From positions 43,289-107,288 of the forward strand of contig CAYPVU010000020.1 in NCBI GenBank assembly GCA_964414295.1: a DNA stretch of 64,000 nt, in the 5' to 3' direction. The first letter of the stretch is position 1; each line of letters opens with the position of its first letter. The notes under the pieces were generated by a model. The model did not search any database. It saw only the letters and a list, made by a program, of their open reading frames with translations, and was not told the origin of the DNA. Shown one piece after another: positions 27,826 through 38,083 of the stretch. This stretch comes from an uncultured Candidatus Saccharibacteria bacterium. Lineage in GTDB: Bacteria; Patescibacteriota; Dojkabacteria; J137. Position numbers and translations under genes: made by a program.

Positions 27826-28754
27826 TATAAATCCAGGTAAATTAAATTATTCCAAGGATCTAATGTTGAAAATGATTTTTCGGAAATTTGGTTTACCTGA
27901 ATATTTTTACTTCTTAAATTCTCTAATACTCGTTTAAATAAATCTAAACTATAGTATTTAATTTGAAAGCTTTTTAACCCTGTTAAATTTTCTGGCCTTT
28001 TTTCAGCTCCGTTGCTTTGCCAAGTATTAATACCTAAATGATGATGATAACCATCTTTAGAAATGAACAATGAATTACTGCTTTGTGTAATTACATCAAA
28101 TAAAAGTATGTCACTATAAAATGCTTTTGCATTTTCAATATTCCCAACTCTTAAGTGTATATGTCCCATTTTTGAAGGACTATTAGAATTGTTTAAATAT
28201 TTATTAATATATTCTTTTTCGTTGATATATGTGCTACCCATAACAGGTTTCCCATCTGCATAAATCCACTGATCTCTGGGTCTGTCATAATAAAGTTCAA
28301 CACCATTGTTTTCTGGGTCAACAAAATAAAAAGCCTCAGTTACTGAGTGATCGGCACTTCCTTGATAGTATTGAGGACTTTTAGTAAGTATTCTATTTAT
28401 AGCTTCAGCTAAGCCATTTTGTGTTTCAAATACTATAGCCATATGATAGAGTCCGGCTTCCGATCCATTTTCAAACTTATTATTTGAATTAGAAACTAAT
28501 TTTACTAATACATTGTCTTCGTATCCTAATTCTACATAATTACCTTTAGCAGAAATCTCTTTAAGTCCAATCAAATCAATGTAAAATGATTTTACCTTTT
28601 GTAGATCAATTACATTTAACTCTACATAACCCATTTCTATACTTTTATTTTGACTCATTAATTTAATTACTGTAAAAGTTACAAATACTAATAAGATTAT
28701 AAAAAATAAACCAATCAGTAGTTTAAATAAATCTTTTTTCTTAATACTTATCAT
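27822..28754 (-). CDS. VOC/glyoxalase family protein (CatE-like) with N-terminal TM anchor
   Basis: GLYHMAI, ADHSVTEAFYFVDPENNGVELY, GHIHLRV, GYHHHLGINTW. Confidence 0.85.
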   Translation of the reverse strand: MISIKKKDLFKLLIGLFFIILLVFVTFTVIKLMSQNKSIEMGYVELNVIDLQKVKSFYIDLIGLKEISAKGNYVELGYEDNVLVKLVSNSNNKFENGSEAGLYHMAIVFETQNGLAEAINRILTKSPQYYQGSADHSVTEAFYFVDPENNGVELYYDRPRDQWIYADGKPVMGSTYINEKEYINKYLNNSNSPSKMGHIHLRVGNIENAKAFYSDILLFDVITQSSNSLFISKDGYHHHLGINTWQSNGAEKRPENLTGLKSFQIKYYSLDLFKRVLENLRSKNIQVNQISEKSFSTLDPWNNLIYLDLY

Positions 28755-28769
28755 GTGTGATTATTAATT

Positions 28770-29450
28770 ATGTATAATTTATTGTTATCATATGAATATA
28801 CTATGAATAAAAGCCATAAAAAAATCTTGTTAATCTTATTAAGCGGAGTTCTTTTAGGAACAGCTTCTTCTTTAGGTGATGTTTTGCCCTTTGGTTCGTT
28901 ACTTTATATTATTGGTGGATTCTTAAATACTGCTTCTGTTTGGAGTTTATCTGCTTTTCTTATTGGTACACAATTTAGATCTCGAAAAAATTCAATTATT
29001 TTTTCAATTTCTTTTCTTGCTTTATCTGTACTTTCTTATTATATAGTTGGATATTTATGGGGAAATAGAGGAGAAGTTCCTCTTATAACTTTAGTTAGTA
29101 CAGCATTAAGTTGGATTTTTATAGGAATATTTATAGGTGCTTTATGCGGTTTATCGGGTAGAACTGCTAAGCATACTAAGAACTTAAGAAAAAGAATAAT
29201 TGCAATGATTATTCCAATGGCTATTATTTTAACTGAGAGCAAAATATCTTTAATTCAGTTATTACCTTACTTAAATTTAAATTCAAATAACTACATACCA
29301 TTTCTTATGATGGTTTTGTTATTTATTTCTGCATGTGGAATTCCTTTTATAATCTTTAAAAATAGAAGGGTAGCTGTATACACTTTAATATTGGCCCTTT
29401 TAATAAGTTCAGCGGGAAGTTTACTTTTAATTACTATAAGTAATCTATAA
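28770..29450 (+). CDS. Integral membrane protein (DUF6518-like)
   Basis: About 7 hydrophobic helices, N.ASVWSL.AFLIG motif. Confidence 0.55.
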   Translation: MYNLLLSYEYTMNKSHKKILLILLSGVLLGTASSLGDVLPFGSLLYIIGGFLNTASVWSLSAFLIGTQFRSRKNSIIFSISFLALSVLSYYIVGYLWGNRGEVPLITLVSTALSWIFIGIFIGALCGLSGRTAKHTKNLRKRIIAMIIPMAIILTESKISLIQLLPYLNLNSNNYIPFLMMVLLFISACGIPFIIFKNRRVAVYTLILALLISSAGSLLLITISNL

Positions 29451-29523
29451 TTTACAAAAACTTTAACAAATTCACAGAGAATTCACCTAAAATTTTATTA
29501 ATAATTTATTAACAAGTTATTTT

Positions 29524-29886
29524 ATGAATAGAGATCGTTCAGCAGTTATTATACTTACTTTAATAGTAGCCTTCATTTTATTTGTTTTAGTAGCATTAGG
29601 ACTACAAAACGCTACAAGCAATAACAATACAACAAATAATAATGCAACAACAAATGAGCCACAAGCGTGTACTATGGATGCAATGTTGTGTCCGGACGGT
29701 ACATATGTGGGTAGAAATCCAAATAGTAACTGTGAATTCTATCAATGTCCAAATCCGTTAAGTGGAGCACAGAATCAATCAGTGTGTACTATGGAAGTAA
29801 AAATGTGTCCAGATGGAACAGAAGTGGGACGAGACTCTGCAAGGAATTGCCAATTTACCTTATGTCCAGACGGCACTCAGTTATAA
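29524..29886 (+). CDS. Membrane-anchored protein with two Cys-rich CTMxxxxCPDGxxVGR repeats
   Basis: CTMDAMLCPDGTYVGRNPNSNCEFYQCP and CTMEVKMCPDGTEVGRDSARNCQFTLCP. Confidence 0.75.
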   Translation: MNRDRSAVIILTLIVAFILFVLVALGLQNATSNNNTTNNNATTNEPQACTMDAMLCPDGTYVGRNPNSNCEFYQCPNPLSGAQNQSVCTMEVKMCPDGTEVGRDSARNCQFTLCPDGTQL

Positions 29887-29931
29887 TTCAATTTAAGAAC
29901 GTAAAAGAAAAAGAGCTGTAACTCTAATTAA

Positions 29932-30321
29932 CTACAATCGGATAATTGGAGGCAGTTCTTTGTTCTCTGCAATAAATCTTATTGATAAGGAATTTACACA
30001 ATGTCTTGTGTTTTTATCAGTTAATCTTTCTCCTCTGAATACGTGTCCTAAATGTGCCTCACAGTTAGCACACTGAATTTCAGTCCTTTGACCATCTGCA
30101 TCTGGTATTTCCTTTACTGCGTTTGGAAAACAGTCCTCAAATGCTGGCCATCCGCAATGAGCATCAAATTTAGCCTTTGAAGAAAATAGGGGATTATTAC
30201 ATCTACGGCATATAAAAGTACCAGGTAAGTAAAAATCATCATATTCACCTGTAAAAGGATATTCTGTACCCTTATTAACAATAATATTCTCTTCTTCTTT
30301 TGTTAACTTGTTGTATTCCAT
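29932..30321 (-). CDS. msrB: Methionine-R-sulfoxide reductase
   Basis: GTEYPFTG, CGWPAF, HLGHVF, RHCVNSLS. Confidence 0.95.
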   Translation of the reverse strand: MEYNKLTKEEENIIVNKGTEYPFTGEYDDFYLPGTFICRRCNNPLFSSKAKFDAHCGWPAFEDCFPNAVKEIPDADGQRTEIQCANCEAHLGHVFRGERLTDKNTRHCVNSLSIRFIAENKELPPIIRL

Positions 30322-30353
30322 TTAATAATAGTAACTTAAACTATTATTACACA

Positions 30354-31442
30354 TTATGCTTCTTCTTTATTAGCAATTATATTTCTTTTTAGACTATCAA
30401 AAAGTTGTTCTCTAAGTTGAATCTGACTAAAACTTGGGTTTAATAAAGCCTGCAGTAAATGCCCTTGTCCTGTAATTTGAAGCATTGTATTAACATGCCT
30501 CTCTTCTGTAGAAGGTGTATAGTAAACCAATTCTGCCCACTCTTTTTCAACTACAATTGGCAAAAAACCGCAATCCATAACAGTTGTTCCGTCAGGTAAT
30601 ATTAAATATCTGGTAGAATATGTACCGGTTGGCATTAACTCAGTTGGCTCTTCGTTACTTTCTGGAGCTGGTACAAAAGACTGACATGAAAACTCTTCTT
30701 TAACACTCCCCTTAATTGCAAGATATCCATCTAGATCTTTGCCTAATAAATCCTTATTTAGTCCAACAAATATAACTTTAATATTAGGATATTCTAACTT
30801 TATATACTCTATAAATTGTAAGATTGCTTCTGGAGGTAAGAAAGAAAATTCGTCAAAATGCAAGATAACTTTATCTTCTTTAGAGATATTCAACTCTCTA
30901 AATAATTCTTCGTACCTTTCTGGATTGTACTGAACTGCGCTTATTCTTGCAAATCCGTCTTCACCAACTTCATCATCAGAAGTACATTCACGTCCTCTTA
31001 TAGTAATAAAGTCACCCATAAAAAAAGGAACCATTGTTATTACTCTATAGCCTTTATCTTCTAATCTTTTACAAACTTCGGAAGCAAGTGTAGATTTGCC
31101 TGCATACATAGAACTTGTTATAGCAAAAAACTGATCACTGGAATTATCAATAATCTGACTTAAACCAACAGACTGTTCTGAATAGATTTCGTGATGTCTT
31201 TGCCTATATAAATCAATTTGTTGTTTATTCGGTTTTATAGGATTAAATAATAGTCTTTCAATCTCTTCACTTGGCCAATTATTCGCTAAAGTATATGTAA
31301 GAATAACAAGCAATGCTTCAAAACCATTTGTATCTAAGTATTGAAAGTATTCAGATTGGGTTAGGGCTTGTAAATGTCGTTGAATATTTTCTGGAATCTC
31401 TAATAATTCTAGACGTTGACGAATTGAAAGTTGGTCAGTCAT
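30354..31442 (-). CDS. Divergent thymidine-kinase-like P-loop protein with N-terminal extension
   Basis: SSMYAGKST (cf. GPMFSGKS), HFDEFSF (cf. IDEAQF), VGLNKD (cf. GLDxD). Confidence 0.6.
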   Translation of the reverse strand: MTDQLSIRQRLELLEIPENIQRHLQALTQSEYFQYLDTNGFEALLVILTYTLANNWPSEEIERLLFNPIKPNKQQIDLYRQRHHEIYSEQSVGLSQIIDNSSDQFFAITSSMYAGKSTLASEVCKRLEDKGYRVITMVPFFMGDFITIRGRECTSDDEVGEDGFARISAVQYNPERYEELFRELNISKEDKVILHFDEFSFLPPEAILQFIEYIKLEYPNIKVIFVGLNKDLLGKDLDGYLAIKGSVKEEFSCQSFVPAPESNEEPTELMPTGTYSTRYLILPDGTTVMDCGFLPIVVEKEWAELVYYTPSTEERHVNTMLQITGQGHLLQALLNPSFSQIQLREQLFDSLKRNIIANKEEA

Positions 31443-31520
31443 AAAATAAAACTAAAACATTAACTATGGAACGGTAACAATTTATCACAGAGTTAGGATT
31501 TGGTATATCCAGTTTTTAAA

Positions 31521-32750
31521 CTAACCAGCTATTGCTGTAGCCACTAAAGATTTATTTGTAGAAGATTCTAATAAATTAAGTTCAGCAAGTTTTGAATATA
31601 AATTTTCTATAAAATCAACATATCTAATTTTTATTTCTGCCCATCTCCATAAAAGTTCTACCCATACTCCTTCGTTTCCTGAAGCATCAGCATCTAGCTG
31701 TACCTGGGCGTGTAAAGTCATATATCCATTACTATCAATAATAATTCTTCCTACTGAATCAGTAGCAATTTCTCCATGACCAATTTGATTTATAGTAACT
31801 CCTAAAAGATTTGATAAAGTCTGAGCAGAAATAATCGAAGAAAGGGAATGCATTCTATTGTTAATTTCAACACCCAACGTTAATCTTTGTCCATAGTTAG
31901 AAAAACTTACCCATTGTCCAATAGTAGTAAGACTTGTTATTCCTAACTCAGGAAAACTTAAAGCATAGGGTAAAGTTGCTAATTGTACAGCTTCTGGTCC
32001 TTTCCATTGTTCCTGCATAGTTCCATTTAAAACGTCTTCCAAATGCCAATTAAAGTCATCAATATCTCTTTGTAAAACTGGGATTTGGCTCATTTCCCAT
32101 TGTCCGCTTTCGCTTCTAGTTATTTTATAAAAAGAGGTTCCCATAGGATCTCCTTCTTTATAGACTACTGCAACTATACATAAATTACCGCACTCATCAC
32201 AATAATCATTTGCATCATAAATCATAATTTGAGATTCTGGATCAAACTCCCATACTACTTCAGCAAAAGTAAATGTATTTCCGGAATCTTTAGAAACAAA
32301 TCTCATTATGGCTGAAGCATTAGCGCCTTCGTTAGTATTATTAAAATCAAAGTTAAAATTCGATTGAATATAAGCTTCTATTCCATCTTCTGTTTCTCTA
32401 AAAGATCCTGCGACTTTAAACCTTCCATCTAACTTTGGTGGTATACCAGTTAAAATAACTCTATTTTTAGAAGTTGTATTAGTGAGCTTGTTATTAACTA
32501 CTTTTTCTATGCAAACACCTTCATCACAACCAGCAGTTAAAAATATAACTTCTTCATTTTCGTTTAATTGTGGGTCTAACCTTTTTAAGATAGCCATATC
32601 TTTATAAAAAGTAGTAGGTGCATGTAGTCTTGCAACTATTGAATCTTTTTGATTTAAAAGATATAACTCTGGGGATTCTGGATTAATTGAAAGAATATAA
32701 TGAATTCTTTCTCTATACGTATGCTGTTGTTGCTCAATTGAACTTTGCAC
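31521..32750 (-). CDS. Hypothetical protein
   Basis: 409-aa ORF with GTG start; no recognisable motif. Confidence 0.6.
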   Translation of the reverse strand: MQSSIEQQQHTYRERIHYILSINPESPELYLLNQKDSIVARLHAPTTFYKDMAILKRLDPQLNENEEVIFLTAGCDEGVCIEKVVNNKLTNTTSKNRVILTGIPPKLDGRFKVAGSFRETEDGIEAYIQSNFNFDFNNTNEGANASAIMRFVSKDSGNTFTFAEVVWEFDPESQIMIYDANDYCDECGNLCIVAVVYKEGDPMGTSFYKITRSESGQWEMSQIPVLQRDIDDFNWHLEDVLNGTMQEQWKGPEAVQLATLPYALSFPELGITSLTTIGQWVSFSNYGQRLTLGVEINNRMHSLSSIISAQTLSNLLGVTINQIGHGEIATDSVGRIIIDSNGYMTLHAQVQLDADASGNEGVWVELLWRWAEIKIRYVDFIENLYSKLAELNLLESSTNKSLVATAIAG

Positions 32751-32932
32751 AAAATTTACATGAAATTTACTGTATATTTATATTCTAACTTCTAAAAGGT
32801 TAAATGAATAGTGATTTTAGAGGTTTTACATTGTAAATTTTATGTAATAAAGTTTACCAATTATTTACTACCCAAAGCAAAGAACTTAATAATTTAGGAA
32901 TAATATAAATTAGTTACTTATTAAGTTTAGAT

Positions 32933-33889
32933 ATGGTTAAATTTGGATACTCACTTTCTACAGAACAATTAAATGTAAAGGAAATTCTAGATTTAGTAGT
33001 AAATGTAGAAAATAATGGTTTTGATTTTGCAATGCTTTCAGATCATTTTCATCCATGGATAGAAAAACAAGGACAAAGTTCATTTGTATGGAGTATGTTG
33101 GGAGCGGTATCTCAAAAAACAAATAACTTACCTGTAGGGACTGGAGTTACTGCAACTATATTAAGATATCATCCAGCAATTTTAGCTCAAGCAGCTGCAA
33201 CAGCTGCCGCATTAATGGAAGATCGGTTTATTTTTGGAGTCGGCTCGGGTGAGAACTTAAATGAGCATATTATTGGTGAAGGATGGCCTCCTATAAAAGT
33301 TAGACATGAAATGTTTAGAGAATCTTTAGAAATTATAAGAAAACTTTGGGAAGGGAATAATACAAATTATTTTGGTGCTTATTATACAGTCGAAGATGCT
33401 AAGATTTATACTTTACCCAAAACCTTACCACCAATAATAGTTTCTGCGTATGGACCTAAAGCTGCAAAAATAGCTGCAGAACTAGGGGATGGACTAATAA
33501 CAACATCTCCTGATGAAGAAATTGTAAAAGCTTATAAGGATAACGATGGAGATGGACCAATGTATATTCAATTTACAGTAAGTTTTGATGAGAATGACGA
33601 AAAAGCAATAGATAGAGCTTATGAAATTTGGCCAATTGCCGGTTTTAATGACCCTTTAAATACAGAATTAAGGTTGCCTAAATATTACGATAAGGTAAAA
33701 AAGATGGTTAAAAAGGAAGATATTGCAAATTCTATTCCCTACGGCAAAGATCCCCAAAAATATATTGAACAAATACAAAAAGCTATTGATCTAGGTTTTA
33801 CTCATATTTATTTAAATCAAGTCGGTCATGAGCAGAAAAAGTTTATGGAGTTTTATAGAGATGAAATTATTTCTAACTTTACTGGGTAA
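32933..33889 (+). CDS. LLM-class F420-dependent oxidoreductase (TIGR03557-like)
   Basis: SDHFHPW, GTGVT...RYHPAILAQAAAT, GVGSGENLNEH, AAELGDGLI. Confidence 0.88.
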   Translation: MVKFGYSLSTEQLNVKEILDLVVNVENNGFDFAMLSDHFHPWIEKQGQSSFVWSMLGAVSQKTNNLPVGTGVTATILRYHPAILAQAAATAAALMEDRFIFGVGSGENLNEHIIGEGWPPIKVRHEMFRESLEIIRKLWEGNNTNYFGAYYTVEDAKIYTLPKTLPPIIVSAYGPKAAKIAAELGDGLITTSPDEEIVKAYKDNDGDGPMYIQFTVSFDENDEKAIDRAYEIWPIAGFNDPLNTELRLPKYYDKVKKMVKKEDIANSIPYGKDPQKYIEQIQKAIDLGFTHIYLNQVGHEQKKFMEFYRDEIISNFTG

Positions 33890-33961
33890 CAATTATAAAT
33901 AAGCTATCAAAACAAATCGTTACTAATTATAATTATTGAGTATTAATTATAGTAGTAATTT

Positions 33962-34513
33962 ATGGAAGAAATCTTTTGTAAAGAAATAAGTGATTTACAC
34001 AATTGGTTAAAAGTGAATTACAAAAGGGAAAAAGGTATATGGTTAGTCTTTTTAAAAGGCAAAGATAGAACAATGTCTTGGGAAGATATTGTAAAAGAAT
34101 TACTATGTTTTGGCTGGATTGATAGCAAAGCTGGCAGTGTAGATTCAACCAAATCTAAAATATGGATATCTCCAAGAAAACCGAGTAGTGGTTGGTCTGC
34201 AATAAATAAAATTCATATTGAGAATTTAATAAAGGAAGGAAGGATGCAAAAAGCAGGATTAGAAGTTGTTGAGCAGGCAAAAAAAAGCGGTGCATGGAAT
34301 ATTCTTGATAGTGTAGAAAGGTTAGAAGTACCTACAGATTTAGAAAAGAAGCTCAAAAGTTATCCTAATGCATATAAAAATTTTACTAACTTCCCTAAAT
34401 CTACAATACGCGCAACCTTACAATGGATTTTAACGGCTAAAACACCAAATACTAGGGCTTCTAGAATTTTAAAGACAGCAGAACTTGCTGAAGAGAATAT
34501 GAGAGCTATTTAA
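33962..34513 (+). CDS. YdeI/OmpD-associated family protein
   Basis: LCFGWIDS, SPRKPSSGWSAINK, AKTPNTRASRI. Confidence 0.88.
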   Translation: MEEIFCKEISDLHNWLKVNYKREKGIWLVFLKGKDRTMSWEDIVKELLCFGWIDSKAGSVDSTKSKIWISPRKPSSGWSAINKIHIENLIKEGRMQKAGLEVVEQAKKSGAWNILDSVERLEVPTDLEKKLKSYPNAYKNFTNFPKSTIRATLQWILTAKTPNTRASRILKTAELAEENMRAI

Positions 34514-34534
34514 TGTAAAATATACATACAATAT

Positions 34535-35455
34535 CTAATTCATTAAAGAATGGACTTTTAAATATTTTTCTAATACTTCCTTTTCTCTCGAATATATACG
34601 TTTATAAGAATTCTGGATTACAGCATTGTTGAAATCTTTAAAGGCCTCATCACTCTCTGAAATTTCCAGTATCTTTATAGAAAGGTTACTTTTTTCAGCT
34701 TCATGGCTACCTAGGATTATCCCTATTTTAGGTGTTAATACAATAGGTATAAGTTTCTCACTATAATTCGCAGCTCCTACATCCCATTGTAGGTAAAAAG
34801 GATTATCACTTGTTAAAAAGCTTCCAGATCTCAGGTTAACAAAGTATAGGCTTCGTTTAAATATTTCCTCTTTCCATCTTTTGGCTTGTCTATCCATTAT
34901 GTTAAGTGCATAGTGAGATGATTCACTGTCACTTAAAAGATTTAAATATGCTTGTGTTTGGAAATCTAATTTATCCTGAACAGTCATTTTATAAATTTCT
35001 CTTTGAAAGGTTTTCATAAAAGTTTCGCCAGCAGTTTTCATAATCTGTAGTTTATTTTCAATAACTTTATTTCTTATTCTTTTAGCCTTTTCAGCAAATT
35101 CTACAGTTCGTACAGGAAGATAACTTAGAAAGTAAATTAAATTTACTAAATCATTTTCTGAAGGAATTGACAAACTAGCTACTGATCTCTTTATATTATC
35201 TAAACTTTTTCCATATAAATCATCAATTATTTTTAATCTATCTACTTCTACAGAAACATCAGCCTCAGGTGTTTCAAATCTTGTAAAAATATCCCTATTA
35301 AATAGTTTACTTATACTTTTTTCTTGGATTTTTCTATTATGAATCCAGGACTTATCGAAGTAATAAACTTTCTTTTGATTAGAATCAAAAGTGAATTCTT
35401 TTAGATATACTTCAGGTATGGTATGTTGATTTCTTGAAGGATTTGACTTCCTCAT
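34535..35455 (-). CDS. DUF4238-domain protein
   Basis: QHTIPEVYLKEF and FLTSDNP motifs. Confidence 0.75.
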   Translation of the reverse strand: MRKSNPSRNQHTIPEVYLKEFTFDSNQKKVYYFDKSWIHNRKIQEKSISKLFNRDIFTRFETPEADVSVEVDRLKIIDDLYGKSLDNIKRSVASLSIPSENDLVNLIYFLSYLPVRTVEFAEKAKRIRNKVIENKLQIMKTAGETFMKTFQREIYKMTVQDKLDFQTQAYLNLLSDSESSHYALNIMDRQAKRWKEEIFKRSLYFVNLRSGSFLTSDNPFYLQWDVGAANYSEKLIPIVLTPKIGIILGSHEAEKSNLSIKILEISESDEAFKDFNNAVIQNSYKRIYSREKEVLEKYLKVHSLMN

Positions 35456-35552
35456 ATAGATTTTGTTAAATCTTAATATTAGATAATTAAACTATAAACA
35501 AATAATTATAGATTAGGAGAAATTAAAGGAAATAGGTAAAGTCATTCGATCA

Positions 35553-35918
35553 TCAAGGCCCACTTCCTGCACCTGTTACATACCAAAGATCATCAAGCTT
35601 TTCTACAGTAACGAATGTTAATGCTTTTTCTCCATCTACAGTAGGATTAAATCTATAATTTACTCTAGTCGGAGTAACTTCATATGCTGAATACTCTAAA
35701 TCCCATATATTAAAGATTAGTTTGTAACTTGTATAGGAATATCCGTTATAGCTTAGTTTGCTATGTACCTGATTTGCCCATGGATAATTTAGTAATGCTT
35801 CTTCGGCTGTACTATAGCCTTTATTGGGATCATTAAATCTTGTGGGATTTATAAAGATGTAAATGAAAAAAATAACGAAGATTAGAAATACAAGTCCTAG
35901 AATTAGTTTTTTGTACAT
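35553..35918 (-). CDS. Hypothetical membrane-anchored protein
   Basis: Start moved to MYKKLILG because the longer ORF overlaps the tRNA; N-terminal TM. Confidence 0.6.
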   Translation of the reverse strand: MYKKLILGLVFLIFVIFFIYIFINPTRFNDPNKGYSTAEEALLNYPWANQVHSKLSYNGYSYTSYKLIFNIWDLEYSAYEVTPTRVNYRFNPTVDGEKALTFVTVEKLDDLWYVTGAGSGP

Positions 35919-35939
35919 ATGTTTATAATGGAGCATAAA

Positions 35940-36011
35940 AGCGGGTAGCGGGAATCGAACCCGCCTCCTTGGTTTGGAAAACCAATATAATGACCGATAT
36001 ACTATACCCGC
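35940..36011 (-). tRNA. tRNA-Gly (anticodon TCC), CCA not encoded
   Basis: GCGGGTA/TACCCGC acceptor stem, TTGGT-TTTCCAA-ACCAA anticodon arm, GGTTCGATTCC T-arm. Confidence 0.95.
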
Positions 36012-36126
36012 ATTAATCGCAATCCCCATCCTTTTCCGAGGTACATTGAGTATATCAAAACTCTGCTATAAGTCAATAATCTACAGCTATGGTATTATTT
36101 AATGGTATTTTTTAACTCAAACTTCA

Positions 36127-37935
36127 ATGAATACTGAATGGAATTTAAAGCTTTTACTTACTTCCGAAGACTCAAATACTATTGAAAATATTAAAGAAGA
36201 AGTTAGGGCAAAGTGGGATGAATTTACTAAAAAATGGGAAAACAATAAAGACTATTTAGAAGATCCTATTGTTCTAAAACAAGCTTTAGATGAGTATGAG
36301 GCACTTCATGCAAATTATGGAATGGATAAAGGTTTAAGTTACTACTTTGAATTAAAAGATTCCTTAGATCAAGGGAACTCCAATACTAAAGCTCAAATTA
36401 ATAAAATAGATGATTTTGTAAGCCAGTTATCTAATCAAATTCAGTTTTTTACTCATAGAATTTCTAAGGTTGATGAAGCTAAACAACATGTATTACTAAA
36501 TGCTGCTGAACTACAAGACTATAGACATTTTTTAGAAAGGTTATTTCAGGAATCTAAACATTTACTAACAGAAGATCAAGAAAAAGTAATTACACTTATT
36601 TCTAAACCGGCAACCTATAACTGGAGACAGATGGTTGAGGCTTTTGTAGCAAATGATGAAGAGGAAGTATTAACAGAAGAAGGAAAATTAGAAAAAAGAC
36701 CAATGTCGCAAATTGGACCAATGATAGATACTAGAAATATTGAAGTTAGAGAAAGTGCAGTAAATGCTTTATATAAAATAAGAGAAAGATGGTCTAGTGT
36801 TTCTGAGAATGAAATTAATTCTTTACTAGAATATAAAAAGAATACAGATTTATTAAGGAATTTTGAAAGACCTGATTCAGGTAGGCATTTAGCAGACGAT
36901 ATTGATACCGAAGTTGTAGACGCAATGATAGAAAGCGTTGTTAGTAAATTTCCTATAATTGAAGAATACTTTAAGTTTAAAGCAAAACTAATTAAAAAGG
37001 ATGTATTGCAGGCTCATGAAGCATTATTAGGTATTGAATATTTAGATGAATCAATAGATGTTAGTAATATCAAAAAATATTCATTTGAAGAAGCAGTGGA
37101 GTTGGTATCTAAAGTAATGGGAAACTTAGATAGTGAATTTAAACAAATCTTTGAAGATTTCTTTAATGAGGGCAGAGTAGATGTTTATCCCAAAAAAGGA
37201 AAAGTTAATGGTGCATTTTGTGCAAGCGTGCATAAGACTCAACCTGTTTATATCCTTTTAAACTTTACAGGCAAGCTGCAGGATTGTTTAACAATGGCGC
37301 ACGAAATGGGACATGGTATTAATGACATTTTAATGAGAAAACAGAACGAACTAAATTATGGTACTGTACTTTCTACAGCGGAAGTTGCAAGTACTTTTAT
37401 GGAGGACTTTGTATGGCAGGAAATTGTTAAAGAGGCAAACGACGAGCAAAAATTTGTACTTATAATGCAAAAAATTGATGACGATATTGGAACAATATTT
37501 ATGCAGGTAGCTTGTTATACTTTTGAGCAAAATCTTCATAAACAATTTAGAGAAAAAGGATATTTATCTAAGGCAGAAATTTCCGAGATATTCCTAAATT
37601 CATTTAGTAATCTTTTTGGCAGCTCAGTTGAATACAGTAAAACAAAATATAAGTGGGTAACATGGACTCATATTAGAACTTTCTTTTATGTCTATTCATA
37701 CGCAAGCGGTTTATTAATTTCTAAGTCATTGCAGAACAGTGTAAAAAACAACCCTAAATTTATATCAAAAGTTAAAGAGTTTTTAAGTGCCGGTACAAGT
37801 AAATCACCTAAAGATACATTTATGGACTTAGGAATTGATATTACAAAAAAAGAGTTTTGGATAAATGGTTTAAAAGAAGTTGAGGACTTAATAAATGCAG
37901 CAAAGGAATTAGCAATTAAGTTAGGTAAAATTTAG
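36127..37935 (+). CDS. pepF: Oligoendopeptidase F (M3B family)
   Basis: WNL N-terminus, GKVNGAFC, HEMGH zinc motif, AEVASTF, FYVYSYA. Confidence 0.9.
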   Translation: MNTEWNLKLLLTSEDSNTIENIKEEVRAKWDEFTKKWENNKDYLEDPIVLKQALDEYEALHANYGMDKGLSYYFELKDSLDQGNSNTKAQINKIDDFVSQLSNQIQFFTHRISKVDEAKQHVLLNAAELQDYRHFLERLFQESKHLLTEDQEKVITLISKPATYNWRQMVEAFVANDEEEVLTEEGKLEKRPMSQIGPMIDTRNIEVRESAVNALYKIRERWSSVSENEINSLLEYKKNTDLLRNFERPDSGRHLADDIDTEVVDAMIESVVSKFPIIEEYFKFKAKLIKKDVLQAHEALLGIEYLDESIDVSNIKKYSFEEAVELVSKVMGNLDSEFKQIFEDFFNEGRVDVYPKKGKVNGAFCASVHKTQPVYILLNFTGKLQDCLTMAHEMGHGINDILMRKQNELNYGTVLSTAEVASTFMEDFVWQEIVKEANDEQKFVLIMQKIDDDIGTIFMQVACYTFEQNLHKQFREKGYLSKAEISEIFLNSFSNLFGSSVEYSKTKYKWVTWTHIRTFFYVYSYASGLLISKSLQNSVKNNPKFISKVKEFLSAGTSKSPKDTFMDLGIDITKKEFWINGLKEVEDLINAAKELAIKLGKI

Positions 37936-38083
37936 TGCAGTAATTGCAGAATTAATAAGTTTAGTTGTAATATAAATCTATTAAGGAACTAACTAAATAA
38001 GCTTACTTCACTTTGTTTTCATATTGAATGTATAAAATTTGTAAGCTTCTTATATAACAATACTTTGGTATTAAATAAATATT

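Noticed and set aside
35919-36029. N-terminal extension of ORF 35553-36029
   Set aside because: It reads through tRNA-Gly; the real start is probably 35918
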